The notes under the pieces were generated by a model. That model did not search any database, was not told the origin of the DNA, and saw only the letters and a list, made by a program, of their open reading frames with translations. From positions 1 through 62,031 of the forward strand of contig JAHFHU010000006.1 in assembly GCA_023246755.1 (NCBI GenBank): 62,031 nt of DNA, read 5' to 3'. Origin of the DNA: Candidatus Magasanikiibacteriota bacterium (GTDB taxonomy: Bacteria > Patescibacteriota > Patescibacteriia > Magasanikbacterales > 2-02-FULL-50-9b). Below are positions 43,686-52,219 of the stretch, piece by piece. The stretch's first letter is position 1. Every line of letters begins with the position of its first letter. The position numbers and the translations under genes are program-made.

Positions 43686-44477
43686 ATGAGATTTCGTTCG
43701 ACGAAACATCTGTATTGGTATATCGCAGGTGCATTTCTAATCGCGGCGCTTCATTTTTTTGGAGTTCTTACATCGTTTGAACGATCTGTGCGCGTGATTG
43801 CGGATAAGCCAATCACTTTTTTCTTTGGCCGAATGCAGCGCGCATCGTTTTTGTTGCATGAGTGGCGCGACACGCAACACGCCGCGGATGTATTGCCGGA
43901 AACGATTCGCGACCGTGATCTTTTGAAAACACGAATCGCATTGGTCGAAGCTGAAAATGCGGCGTTGCGACGGGAATTGCAATATCCAGAACGGAAACAG
44001 TGGCTCACCATTGGAGCCGAAGTAATTTCAAAAACAACAGACATCGCGCGTCAAGTTTTGATCATCAATCGTGGTGGTGACGATGGAATTAAAGAGCATC
44101 AGATCGTGTTTACCGAGCAGGGTGTGTTAGTTGGAGAAATTATTTCAGCCGAACGATCGCGCGCAACCGTTCGTTTGATCAATGATCGAGAGAGTCGTGT
44201 TGGTGTGTTGCTTGCAAAAAATTCTCACGCGAGTGGGATTGTTGAGGGTGGGTATGGATTGGGATTGCGACTCAATTTAATTCCACCACAAGAAGTTGTT
44301 GAGCAGGGTGATACCGTTGTGACCAATGATACCTCTGAATTTATGCCGCGTGGCTTGATCATCGGTCGTGCGGTTGCAGTTGGACGTGAAATTTATGAGC
44401 CGTTTCAACACGCGCTGATAGAATCGGCAATCGCGTTTGACGAAATCCATCACGTTTCAATTATTTTAAACAAATGA
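43686..44477 (+). CDS. mreC: Rod shape-determining protein MreC
   Basis: N-terminal TM helix, a coiled coil (LVEAENAALRREL) and a beta-barrel domain (VVTNDTSEFMPRGLIIG). Lies after mreB. Confidence 0.8.
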   Translation: MRFRSTKHLYWYIAGAFLIAALHFFGVLTSFERSVRVIADKPITFFFGRMQRASFLLHEWRDTQHAADVLPETIRDRDLLKTRIALVEAENAALRRELQYPERKQWLTIGAEVISKTTDIARQVLIINRGGDDGIKEHQIVFTEQGVLVGEIISAERSRATVRLINDRESRVGVLLAKNSHASGIVEGGYGLGLRLNLIPPQEVVEQGDTVVTNDTSEFMPRGLIIGRAVAVGREIYEPFQHALIESAIAFDEIHHVSIILNK

Positions 44478-45010
44478 ACTTTCTTCGCGCGCTATTTATT
44501 TTTTTTGGAGGCATCGCGACCGGAATTTTTTATGTTGGTTTTATTGCATCGTTATCATTTCCGTATTCGGAGTTTCCGCTCATTCCCGTTTTAATTTCGC
44601 TCGCATTCGTTTTACGGGTGCGCCCAACATTTTTTTGGTTTTTACTGACGATCGTATCGGTTATCGATTTATATCGTGTCGCCGGTTTTGGAGTTGGCAT
44701 CATCAGTCTCGGCATTCTTGTATTTTTGATCGATCGAATCCTGCGTGATTTATTTTCGCACCGTTCATTTATGGGGTGTGTCGTAATTTCCGTGCTTGTT
44801 GGTATCGTATGGAATGTGTGCAACGAAGTATTGAGCGCGGCGAGCTCGTTGATAAACGGACATGCGATGCAAATATTTTCTGTGGGATTTTTTTGGGCGA
44901 TGTGTGTTCAAACGATTTTAACTGCAGTGATCGTCGGTGTTTTATATGCATTTGTGCCACGCTGGTGGCGTGAGCGATCTCCAACATTGATTAGTGGGCG
45001 CGGCATATGA
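44474..45010 (+). CDS. mreD: Rod shape-determining protein MreD (polytopic membrane protein)
   Basis: 178 aa with about 5 TM helices. Translationally coupled after mreC. Confidence 0.65.
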   Translation: MNFLRALFIFFGGIATGIFYVGFIASLSFPYSEFPLIPVLISLAFVLRVRPTFFWFLLTIVSVIDLYRVAGFGVGIISLGILVFLIDRILRDLFSHRSFMGCVVISVLVGIVWNVCNEVLSAASSLINGHAMQIFSVGFFWAMCVQTILTAVIVGVLYAFVPRWWRERSPTLISGRGI

Positions 45011-46944
45011 AATTTTTTGAGCAAAAATTAATGGTTCATCGGCGATCGCGCTGGGTTGAAGACGCGGCGCCTGACATCGGAATCGTTGCGGACTCCGGTG
45101 TAAATTTTATCGGCACCGCAATTGGTCGCGGACGGATTATTTTTTTTGCACTCGTGAGCTTGTTCGCGCTTGGATGTATTTTGGCGCGTATTATTCAGCT
45201 GCAATTGGTACAAGGCTCTGAGTGGCAGACAATTGCAGAGCACAACCGGTTGCGCGAGCAACCAATTCCTGCGGAGCGCGGGATAATTTTTGATCGAAAT
45301 TTAGTTCCCCTTGTTTCGAATGTTCCGAATTTTCGGTTGACCATTCGTTCACAGGATTTACCGCGCGACGCGACTGCGCGTGAAGAACAGATTCGTACAT
45401 TGGGTGAAACAATTCAAGTCCCGGGTGAAAAAATTGATCAAATTCTTGAGGCGTTTGGAAAATATCGTTATGCGAGCGTCGTGCTTAAGGAACCGATAAC
45501 GTATGACGAAGCGGTAAATGTTTATCTTAAAAGCGCTGCGTTTCCGAGTCTAACCATCGAACGAAGCGCGAAACGATTGTATATTGCGGGTGTCCCGGGC
45601 AAACAAGAGTCGTTGCCCCAGAGCATGTCGCATATTTTGGGGTATCTCGGGCGAATTTCTCCGGATGAACTCGAGTCGCGTCGTTTAAGCGAACATTATT
45701 TTCCGAGTGACAGCATCGGCAAAACGGGTGTTGAAAGTATTTATGAATCAGTTTTGCGCGGAACGTCGGGTGAGCGCGGAGCAGAAGTTGATGCGCATGG
45801 CGCTGAGCGGCGGACAATTTCGGTCACCGATCCATCTCCCGGTGACTCCGTTGTTTTGACGATTGATCTCGAAGTTCAAAAGCATCTGGAATCTGCACTT
45901 GCGCACGGTCTTGCGATTGGAGGAAAAAAACGTGGTGCCGCTATTGCGGTTGATCCGCGTGATGGATCGATTCTCGGAATGGTTTCGCTGCCGATGTATG
46001 ATAATAATATTTTTGCTGACTCCATCAGCGTGAAAAATTATTCTGAAATTTTGAATAATCCAGATCAGCCATTACTCAATCGTGTTGTTGCCGGACAATT
46101 TCCATCCGGTTCCACCATGAAACCATTTTACGCGGCGGCTGCGTTGCAAGAAGGAATTGTCACGCCGACGTCGACCATTTTGAGTACGGGTGGAATTAAA
46201 GTGGGTAGTCATTTTTTTCCGGATTGGAAAACGGGAGGCCATGGGGTGACGGATGTGTATAAAGCGATCGCGGAGTCCGTTAATACGTATTTTTATATCA
46301 TCGGTGGTGGGTATGGCGATCGAGCGGGATTGGGGCCGGAACGCATGAAAAAATATTTGGAATATTTTGGATTTGGTCGTTCGACAAACAGCGCAATGAC
46401 CGGCGAGGCGAGCGGCTTTATTCAGAGCCCTGATTGGAAACAGGAACATAAAGGCGAGCAATGGTATCCGGGTGACACATATAATTTGTCGATCGGCGAA
46501 GGTGATATTTTGGTGACACCGATTCAGCTCGCGATGGGAATTTCTGCAATTGCAAATGGAGGCACGCTCTGGAAGCCGCGCCTCGTCGCCTATCAAATTG
46601 CGCCGGATGGTTCTGAAAAAATTCCTGCGATCGAGCCGGCGTCAAAAATTCCGATTGAACCGCGCTGGCTTGCGGTGGTTCGCGATGGTATGCGTCGAAC
46701 GGTTTTATCAGGGTCAGCTCGCAGCTTGCAACAGGTGAGCGGACTTGCGATCGCGGGAAAAACAGGAACCGCGCAGTGGTCAACAACGAAACAGCCGCAC
46801 GCGTGGTTTACATCGTTTGCTCCCGTCGACGCACCAGAGATTGTCACTGTTTTTTTGGTTGAAGAGGGTGTTGAGGGTTCAGCGGTTTCGGTTCCTGCCG
46901 CGAAAGATTTTTATACGTGGTGGGCAGGGTACGTAAAAAAATGA
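45007..46944 (+). CDS. mrdA: Penicillin-binding protein 2 (class B transpeptidase)
   Basis: SGSTMKP (SxxK), ESVN (SxN) and KTGTAQ (KTG). Follows mreBCD. Confidence 0.88.
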   Translation: MKFFEQKLMVHRRSRWVEDAAPDIGIVADSGVNFIGTAIGRGRIIFFALVSLFALGCILARIIQLQLVQGSEWQTIAEHNRLREQPIPAERGIIFDRNLVPLVSNVPNFRLTIRSQDLPRDATAREEQIRTLGETIQVPGEKIDQILEAFGKYRYASVVLKEPITYDEAVNVYLKSAAFPSLTIERSAKRLYIAGVPGKQESLPQSMSHILGYLGRISPDELESRRLSEHYFPSDSIGKTGVESIYESVLRGTSGERGAEVDAHGAERRTISVTDPSPGDSVVLTIDLEVQKHLESALAHGLAIGGKKRGAAIAVDPRDGSILGMVSLPMYDNNIFADSISVKNYSEILNNPDQPLLNRVVAGQFPSGSTMKPFYAAAALQEGIVTPTSTILSTGGIKVGSHFFPDWKTGGHGVTDVYKAIAESVNTYFYIIGGGYGDRAGLGPERMKKYLEYFGFGRSTNSAMTGEASGFIQSPDWKQEHKGEQWYPGDTYNLSIGEGDILVTPIQLAMGISAIANGGTLWKPRLVAYQIAPDGSEKIPAIEPASKIPIEPRWLAVVRDGMRRTVLSGSARSLQQVSGLAIAGKTGTAQWSTTKQPHAWFTSFAPVDAPEIVTVFLVEEGVEGSAVSVPAAKDFYTWWAGYVKK

Positions 46945-46965
46945 TTTTGTTGTTTCAATGCTCTG

Positions 46966-47038
46966 TCGGGCTGGCGGGATTTGAACCCACGACCTCATCG
47001 TCCCGAACGATGCGCGCTACCAACTGCGCTACAGCCCG
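46966..47038 (-). tRNA. tRNA-Pro (anticodon CGG), CCA not encoded
   Basis: The hand-folded 73-nt cloverleaf is CGGGCTG-TA-GCGC-AGTTGGTA-GCGC-G-CATCG-TTCGGGA-CGATG-AGGTC-GTGGG-TTCAAAT-CCCGC-CAGCCCG-A. G37 is present, as is typical for tRNA-Pro. Confidence 0.9.
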
Positions 47039-47056
47039 TCAGAAAATTGAAAGCTC
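47020..47056. repeat. Direct repeat copy 1 (37 bp: tRNA-Pro nt 1-19 plus 18 nt of its 5' leader)
   Basis: Identical to 47160-47196: ccaactgcgctacagcccgtcagaaaattgaaagctc. Confidence 0.95.
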
Positions 47057-47159
47057 CGGAGATTTTCCTGTGTTATATCCTTTGCGCTTCCGGGGTCTCA
47101 CAGCGCTCGACCCGCCCTCACGGAAAAATGATAAACAAATCATTTTTCTCCGTTCGTGC

Positions 47160-47196
47160 CCAACTGCGCTACAGCCCGTCAGAAAATTGAAAGCTC
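47160..47196. repeat. Direct repeat copy 2 (orphan 5' tRNA-Pro fragment plus leader)
   Basis: Perfect 37/37 match to 47020-47056 with a 140-bp period. Confidence 0.95.
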
Positions 47197-47200
47197 TGAA

Positions 47201-47229
47201 ATTGTAACGCATGGCAATAACCATGTCAA
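47201..47229 (-). promoter_or_regulatory. Near-consensus promoter on the minus strand (TTGACA-17 nt-TACAAT) reading toward the tRNA-Pro locus
   Basis: The reverse complement reads TTGACAtggttattgccatgcgtTACAAT. The predicted transcription start falls at the upstream end of repeat copy 2. Confidence 0.55.
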
Positions 47230-47249
47230 CGTGATATAGTTTATCGCGT

Positions 47250-49028
47250 ATGTCTGTTCGACCCGTTAACACAGACCAGTTTGCTGTACGTGTTCGGAAG
47301 ATGGGAATTTTATGGTTATGTGCAGGCGCAATTTTGATTGCGCGTCTTTTTTATATTCAGATCATTCAACACGACAAATACGTTCAGCAAGCTGCGGGCA
47401 CGCGAAACGTGAGTCAAACAATTAAGGCAGCGCGCGGCGAAATTTTTGGGCATGACGCGCGTGATGCTAAAACAACGCTGTTTCCGCTCGCGCTTAACCG
47501 CGATCAGTTGCTGCTCATCAGCGACAATCGAAAAATTGATGAGCCAGATCGAGTTGCGGCGCTCATTGCAACATCGACGGCGATGAGTTCGGAGGACGCG
47601 CAGTTGCTCGCGCAAAAACTTTCGCAAAAAAATCGGGCGTATCAACTATTGATCAAAGATGTGCGGCCCGAAATTGCTGATACGCTCACGGAAGAATTTA
47701 AAGCGAATGCGATTCGCGGACTATATTTTGATCGCGAGCCGGCGCGTCTGTATCCCGAGCGTGAACTTTTTTCACAGGTGACTGGTTTTGTGGGGCGCAA
47801 CGATCAAGGTGAATCGATTGGTCGTTACGGGCTCGAAGCTTTTTTTGATACGCAACTTCGGGGAACAAACGGGTATGTTAAAACTGAAAAAGATCCGTTT
47901 GGTGGGTGGATTCCCGTCGCAACAAGCGATTTTACGGAGGCGCATAACGGAGAAGATCTCATCGTGACGATCGATCGCACCATTCAATTGAAATTGTGCG
48001 AAGCGCTCGCGGGAGGCGTAACGAAATACTCTGCTCGGAGCGCGAGCGGAATTATCATGGATCCAAAAAATGGACAAATTTTTGGTATGTGTAACGTTCC
48101 AAATTTTGATGCAAATGCATATCAAAAAGTTTCGGATGCAAAATTATTTAACAATGATACGATTTTTTCGCCATTCGAACCCGGATCTGTTTTTAAATTG
48201 GTGACGATGGCGTCGGCGCTCGATGCAGGTGTGGTTACTCCGCAAACAACGTATGTTGACGGAGGGTCCGTTAAGCGCGACGGATTCACAATTCGAAACG
48301 CCGGAGATAAATCATGGGGACGCCAAACGATGACCGGTGTGATTAAAGAATCGATCAACACCGGAACGATTTTTGCCGCAGATGCGCTCGGGAAAGATTT
48401 GTTCAAGGGGTACGTTGAAAAATTTGGGTTTGGAAAAAAAACAGGCGTCGAATTAAAAGTTGAGGAGTCGGGGAATGTGAAATCATTGGCAAAGTCAGGG
48501 ACGGTTTTTCTCGCGACTGATTCATTTGGTCAGGGTCTCACCACAACCGCACTTCAATTAGTTCAGGCATACGCGGCGGTTGCAAATGGTGGTTTGATGA
48601 TGAAGCCGACGATTGTGTATGCGTGGCGGAATGCGGCGGGCATTTCTACGTTAGAACAGCCGCACGAAGTTCGACAGGTCATCGGAAAAAAAGCAGCGGA
48701 CGAGATGACTGAGATGTTGCGTATTGCAGTTGAAGAAGGGCATGGTCGGCTCGCGCGCGTGCCCGGGCATACGATTGTCGGCAAAACGGGAACCGCGCAG
48801 ATCGCCGGCGCACACGGAAAATATACCGAAGATTACAACCATACGTTTATTGGATTTGCGCCGATGTTCAATCCGCGTTTTGTTATGCTCATAAAATTTG
48901 AAGCGCCGCACGCAAAATATGCCGAGAGCACGGCGGTGCCAACATTTGGCGAAGTTGCGAAGTTTTTGCTAGAGTACTTGGGTGTCCGTCCGGATAAGCC
49001 GATTGAGGCACTTGATAAAAAAATATGA
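47250..49028 (+). CDS. ftsI: Class B penicillin-binding protein, FtsI/PBP3-like
   Basis: N-terminal TM anchor, PGSVFKL (SxxK), SINTG (SxN) and KTGTAQ. Followed by murC. Confidence 0.85.
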   Translation: MSVRPVNTDQFAVRVRKMGILWLCAGAILIARLFYIQIIQHDKYVQQAAGTRNVSQTIKAARGEIFGHDARDAKTTLFPLALNRDQLLLISDNRKIDEPDRVAALIATSTAMSSEDAQLLAQKLSQKNRAYQLLIKDVRPEIADTLTEEFKANAIRGLYFDREPARLYPERELFSQVTGFVGRNDQGESIGRYGLEAFFDTQLRGTNGYVKTEKDPFGGWIPVATSDFTEAHNGEDLIVTIDRTIQLKLCEALAGGVTKYSARSASGIIMDPKNGQIFGMCNVPNFDANAYQKVSDAKLFNNDTIFSPFEPGSVFKLVTMASALDAGVVTPQTTYVDGGSVKRDGFTIRNAGDKSWGRQTMTGVIKESINTGTIFAADALGKDLFKGYVEKFGFGKKTGVELKVEESGNVKSLAKSGTVFLATDSFGQGLTTTALQLVQAYAAVANGGLMMKPTIVYAWRNAAGISTLEQPHEVRQVIGKKAADEMTEMLRIAVEEGHGRLARVPGHTIVGKTGTAQIAGAHGKYTEDYNHTFIGFAPMFNPRFVMLIKFEAPHAKYAESTAVPTFGEVAKFLLEYLGVRPDKPIEALDKKI

Positions 49029-50398
49029 ATTTTTTAGATGCGCGTCGCGTACATGTGATTGGAATAGGTGGAATTGGAACTTCAGGGCTTGCAAAAATTT
49101 TGGCGCACCGTGGCGTCATGGTTTCGGGATCTGATGCGGACGCGTCGGTTGTAACGGATGAGGTACGCGCTGCTCACATTTCTGTTTCAATTGGGCACGC
49201 AGCGGAAAATATCACCGCTGATATCGAAGCGATTGTTTATTCCGGCGCGGTTCCGACGGACAATGTTGAGCGTCTCGCCGCAGATGAACGCGGCATCCCG
49301 TCGTTTTCATATTCAGAGGCGTTAGGTGAGCTGACCAAACAATATCGCACCATCGCGGTTTCGGGCACGCATGGAAAAAGCACGACCACCGCGATGCTCG
49401 CGTGTATTTTGCGTGCGGCAGGTTTGGATCCGCTGGTGCTCGTTGGAACGCGGGTGCCGAATTTTGAACAAGGGAATGTTTTTTTGGGGCGCGGTGAAAT
49501 TTTTGTGGTTGAAGCGTGCGAACACGAAGCGCAGATGATGAACTTACATCCGGAAAAAATTATTATTACGAATCTTGAGCCGGATCATTTGGATTTTTAC
49601 GGAACGTATGCGGCGTATCAAGAAACATTTCATCAGTATGTTTCGCGCATTGCTCCTGAAAATTGTGTCGTGAATTTTGACAACTTAGATGCACGCGCAC
49701 TGTTTTCTGCCGATCCACTGCGACGGACGCACCTGTTTGGATTGCAGGGCGGTGAACTGCGGTGTGTCGGGCGTCGAAGTGCGGACGGCGTGCAATATGC
49801 GGCATTGACCGGTGATGTTGAGCTCAAATTGCGAATTCCGGGTGCGTTTAATGTGATGAACGCGATGGCTGCGATTTTGATGGCTGAGCAATGTGGCGTT
49901 GAACGTGCGTTTGCGGCGCGGGCGCTGTTTGAATATCCGGGTTCATGGCGACGGTTTGAACGCGTCGGACAGGTGAATGGCGCAGAGGTAATTTCGGATT
50001 ATGGGCATCATCCAACCGCCATCAATGAAACGCTTAAGGCGACACGCGAATTTTTTCCCCGTAAGCGCGTGGTGTTGGTGTATCAACCGCACCAACATCA
50101 TCGAACTAAAGCGTTGTATGCGGAATTTATCGATGCGCTCGTGGAGCCGGACGCGTTAATTTTGAATGAGGTGTATCATGTGCGTGGGCGCGAGCACGCG
50201 GATGACGCGAGTGCGACGAGCGCGAATTTGATGCAAGAAGTTTCGGCGCGGCGCGGCGCGGAAAAACAACATTGGTATGCGGCGACGCTTGATGAGGTTG
50301 CGTCGTTGGTCAAACAACACGCGAAGTCGGACGATGTGGTGGTGATTATGGGCGCGGGTGACATTTATAAAATTTCGAAAGACCTATGCTCGACATAA
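49025..50398 (+). CDS. murC: UDP-N-acetylmuramate--L-alanine ligase
   Basis: HVIGIGGIGTSGLAKIL, AVSGTHGKSTTTAML and the Mur ligase C-terminal domain. Confidence 0.92.
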   Translation: MNFLDARRVHVIGIGGIGTSGLAKILAHRGVMVSGSDADASVVTDEVRAAHISVSIGHAAENITADIEAIVYSGAVPTDNVERLAADERGIPSFSYSEALGELTKQYRTIAVSGTHGKSTTTAMLACILRAAGLDPLVLVGTRVPNFEQGNVFLGRGEIFVVEACEHEAQMMNLHPEKIIITNLEPDHLDFYGTYAAYQETFHQYVSRIAPENCVVNFDNLDARALFSADPLRRTHLFGLQGGELRCVGRRSADGVQYAALTGDVELKLRIPGAFNVMNAMAAILMAEQCGVERAFAARALFEYPGSWRRFERVGQVNGAEVISDYGHHPTAINETLKATREFFPRKRVVLVYQPHQHHRTKALYAEFIDALVEPDALILNEVYHVRGREHADDASATSANLMQEVSARRGAEKQHWYAATLDEVASLVKQHAKSDDVVVIMGAGDIYKISKDLCST

Positions 50399-51317
50399 AA
50401 GAAGACGTTTCGCTCGCAGAATTCTCGACGTTTCATGTAGGTGGCGCTGCAAAATTCGCGGTTGCCGTTCAAACGACGGACGATTTAACAGAAGCAATTG
50501 CTTTTGCAGCCGCGAAAAAAATTTCGTGGCGCGTGCTTGGCGGCGCAAGTAATTTGTTGGTGAACGATGACGGATACAAAGGACTCATTATTTGGTATCG
50601 CAATAAAGATCTCGTGATCGATGCGGAGCTCGGATTTATCGAAGTCGGTGCGGGCGCGATCACCGCAGTTGTTGCCGGCGCATGCGCGCGCGCGGGTTTG
50701 ACCGGGTTTGAATGGGCAGCTGGCGTCCCGGGACAATAGGCGGCGCGATTTACGGCAACGCGGGCGCGTCAAATGGCGAGATGAAAGATTGTGTGACGAG
50801 CGTGCAGGTTTTTGAAAAAGGAAAAATTAAAACGTACGATGCGGCGGCATGTACATTTGGTTATCGCGATTCTATTTTTAAAAAGCAGCCCGCGAGCGTG
50901 ATTATCGGGGCTACGATTAAACTCGCACGTGCCGAAGATTCAGCGGCGCCGCTTGAAAAAATTAAAGAAGTCTTGCGCTATCGGCAAGAAACGCAACCAA
51001 AAGGCGTTGCGTCATCCGGGTGTGTGTTCAAAAATTGTGAGCCAACGGAGGCGGAAATCGTTGTGCTGCGCGCGAAAAAAGTTCCGGATGAATTTTTGCG
51101 CGCGCGTCGCGTGCCGGCGGGATGGCTTATTGAACACGCGAATCTTAAAGGTCATATAATCGGCACCGCGCGCGTGTCCGAGGTGCATGGAAATTTTATC
51201 GTGACCACGGGCGTGGGTTCGAGAGCTGCTGATATATTAGCGCTCATTGCACACATAAAACAGGCGGTGCGTGATCAGTTCGGGGTTGACATTGTGGAGG
51301 AAATCTCGATTGTCTAA
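50386..51317 (+). pseudogene. murB: UDP-N-acetylenolpyruvoylglucosamine reductase (murB) disrupted by a 1-nt frameshift near 50731-50735
   Basis: The N-terminal FAD-binding part (FHVGGAAKF...GGASNLLV...FEWAAGVPG) stops at TAG 50737-50739. The continuation TIGGAIYGNAGA...SGCVFKN...AGWLIE...HGNFIV lies in the -1 frame. Confidence 0.85.
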
Positions 51318-51338
51318 CACGCGGGATCTTTGTATACT
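51310..51338 (+). promoter_or_regulatory. Candidate promoter (TTGTCT-17 nt-TATACT) overlapping the murB stop
   Basis: TTGTCT at 51310-51315 and TATACT at 51333-51338. ATG at 51369. Confidence 0.45.
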
Positions 51339-51368
51339 AGAGACATATCAGTAACTAACAAAAATTAT

Positions 51369-51848
51369 ATGGATTCAGCCGAAATAACTCAGCAAGAAGC
51401 GGCAGTTCCGGTGCCACAGCCACCGAAGATGGAAATTGTGGGCGCGGGCGTTGGCGTTCGTTTTGTCGCGCTTTTCATCGATGGTGTGATTCTCACCGCG
51501 ATGTTTTTTGTGTACGTTGCATTTTTGAGTCTCTTAAGCGGTGGTGGATTCAGTACTTCTTTGCAAGGTGCGTCCGCCAGCTTTTATTTTTTGATTGTCG
51601 CAAGTTATTTTGTACTACTTGAGTGGAAACAAGGAGCGACGATTGGGAAGAAAGCGATGAAATTGCACGTTGAAAAAATCGATGGTTCACCGGTGACGAT
51701 CGGCACGTCACTCGCGCGCAATGTGATGCGGATCATCGACGGAATGTTTGGATATTTGGTCGGTGCAATTGCGATTTGGTCATCACATCGGCACCAACGG
51801 CTCGGGGATATGGTTGCGGGAACAATCGTGCGTTCGTTGAAACATTAA
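51369..51848 (+). CDS. RDD-family membrane protein
   Basis: VRFVALFIDGVIL, then TM helices, then HQRLGDMVAGTIV, as is typical of the RDD domain. ATG 51369 is preferred over the track's TTG 51330. Confidence 0.7.
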   Translation: MDSAEITQQEAAVPVPQPPKMEIVGAGVGVRFVALFIDGVILTAMFFVYVAFLSLLSGGGFSTSLQGASASFYFLIVASYFVLLEWKQGATIGKKAMKLHVEKIDGSPVTIGTSLARNVMRIIDGMFGYLVGAIAIWSSHRHQRLGDMVAGTIVRSLKH

Positions 51849-51859
51849 ATTTATTTTTT

Positions 51860-52171
51860 ATGATGTTACATATTCATGGGTCGGGTTTATCGCTCACAGC
51901 CGCCTTGAAAGAAATGGCCGAGGAAAAATTTGGTCGTTTGAATCGGTTGCTTACGCGATTTGACGACAGCGATTTATTGATGGACATCGAACTCTCAAAA
52001 ACAACCGCGCATCACAACAAGGGTAAAATTTTTCGCGTTGAAATTAATTTGCCGATTGGACGGCATCAGGTTTTTTGTGCAGCTGAGTGCGATGATCTCT
52101 ACGAGGCGATGGATCATTGCGTGACAACTGCCAAACGCCAGCTCACGAAACTCAAGGAAAAGGGCGCATAA
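51860..52171 (+). CDS. hpf: Ribosome hibernation promoting factor / RaiA (short form)
   Basis: 103 aa. The layout LTAALKEMAEEKFGRL...FRVEINLPIGRHQVFCAAECDDLYEAMDHCVTTAKRQLTKLKEK fits the sigma-54 modulation/S30EA family. Confidence 0.8.
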   Translation: MMLHIHGSGLSLTAALKEMAEEKFGRLNRLLTRFDDSDLLMDIELSKTTAHHNKGKIFRVEINLPIGRHQVFCAAECDDLYEAMDHCVTTAKRQLTKLKEKGA

Positions 52172-52219
52172 TGGGACTTGAATAATTCTGAATTACCGGC
52201 TATAGTGATAGCCAATCTT

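Noticed and set aside
47057-47178. A second, intact tRNA gene (or intron-containing tRNA) upstream of tRNA-Pro.
   Set aside because: After the first 19 nt shared with tRNA-Pro, no D-stem partner, anticodon arm or T-arm (GTTCRA) can be formed. I interpret it as an orphan 5' fragment.
46917-47207. 96-aa + strand ORF covering the tRNA-Pro locus.
   Set aside because: It is read across the antisense of a tRNA gene and its duplicated leader, and shows no coding features.
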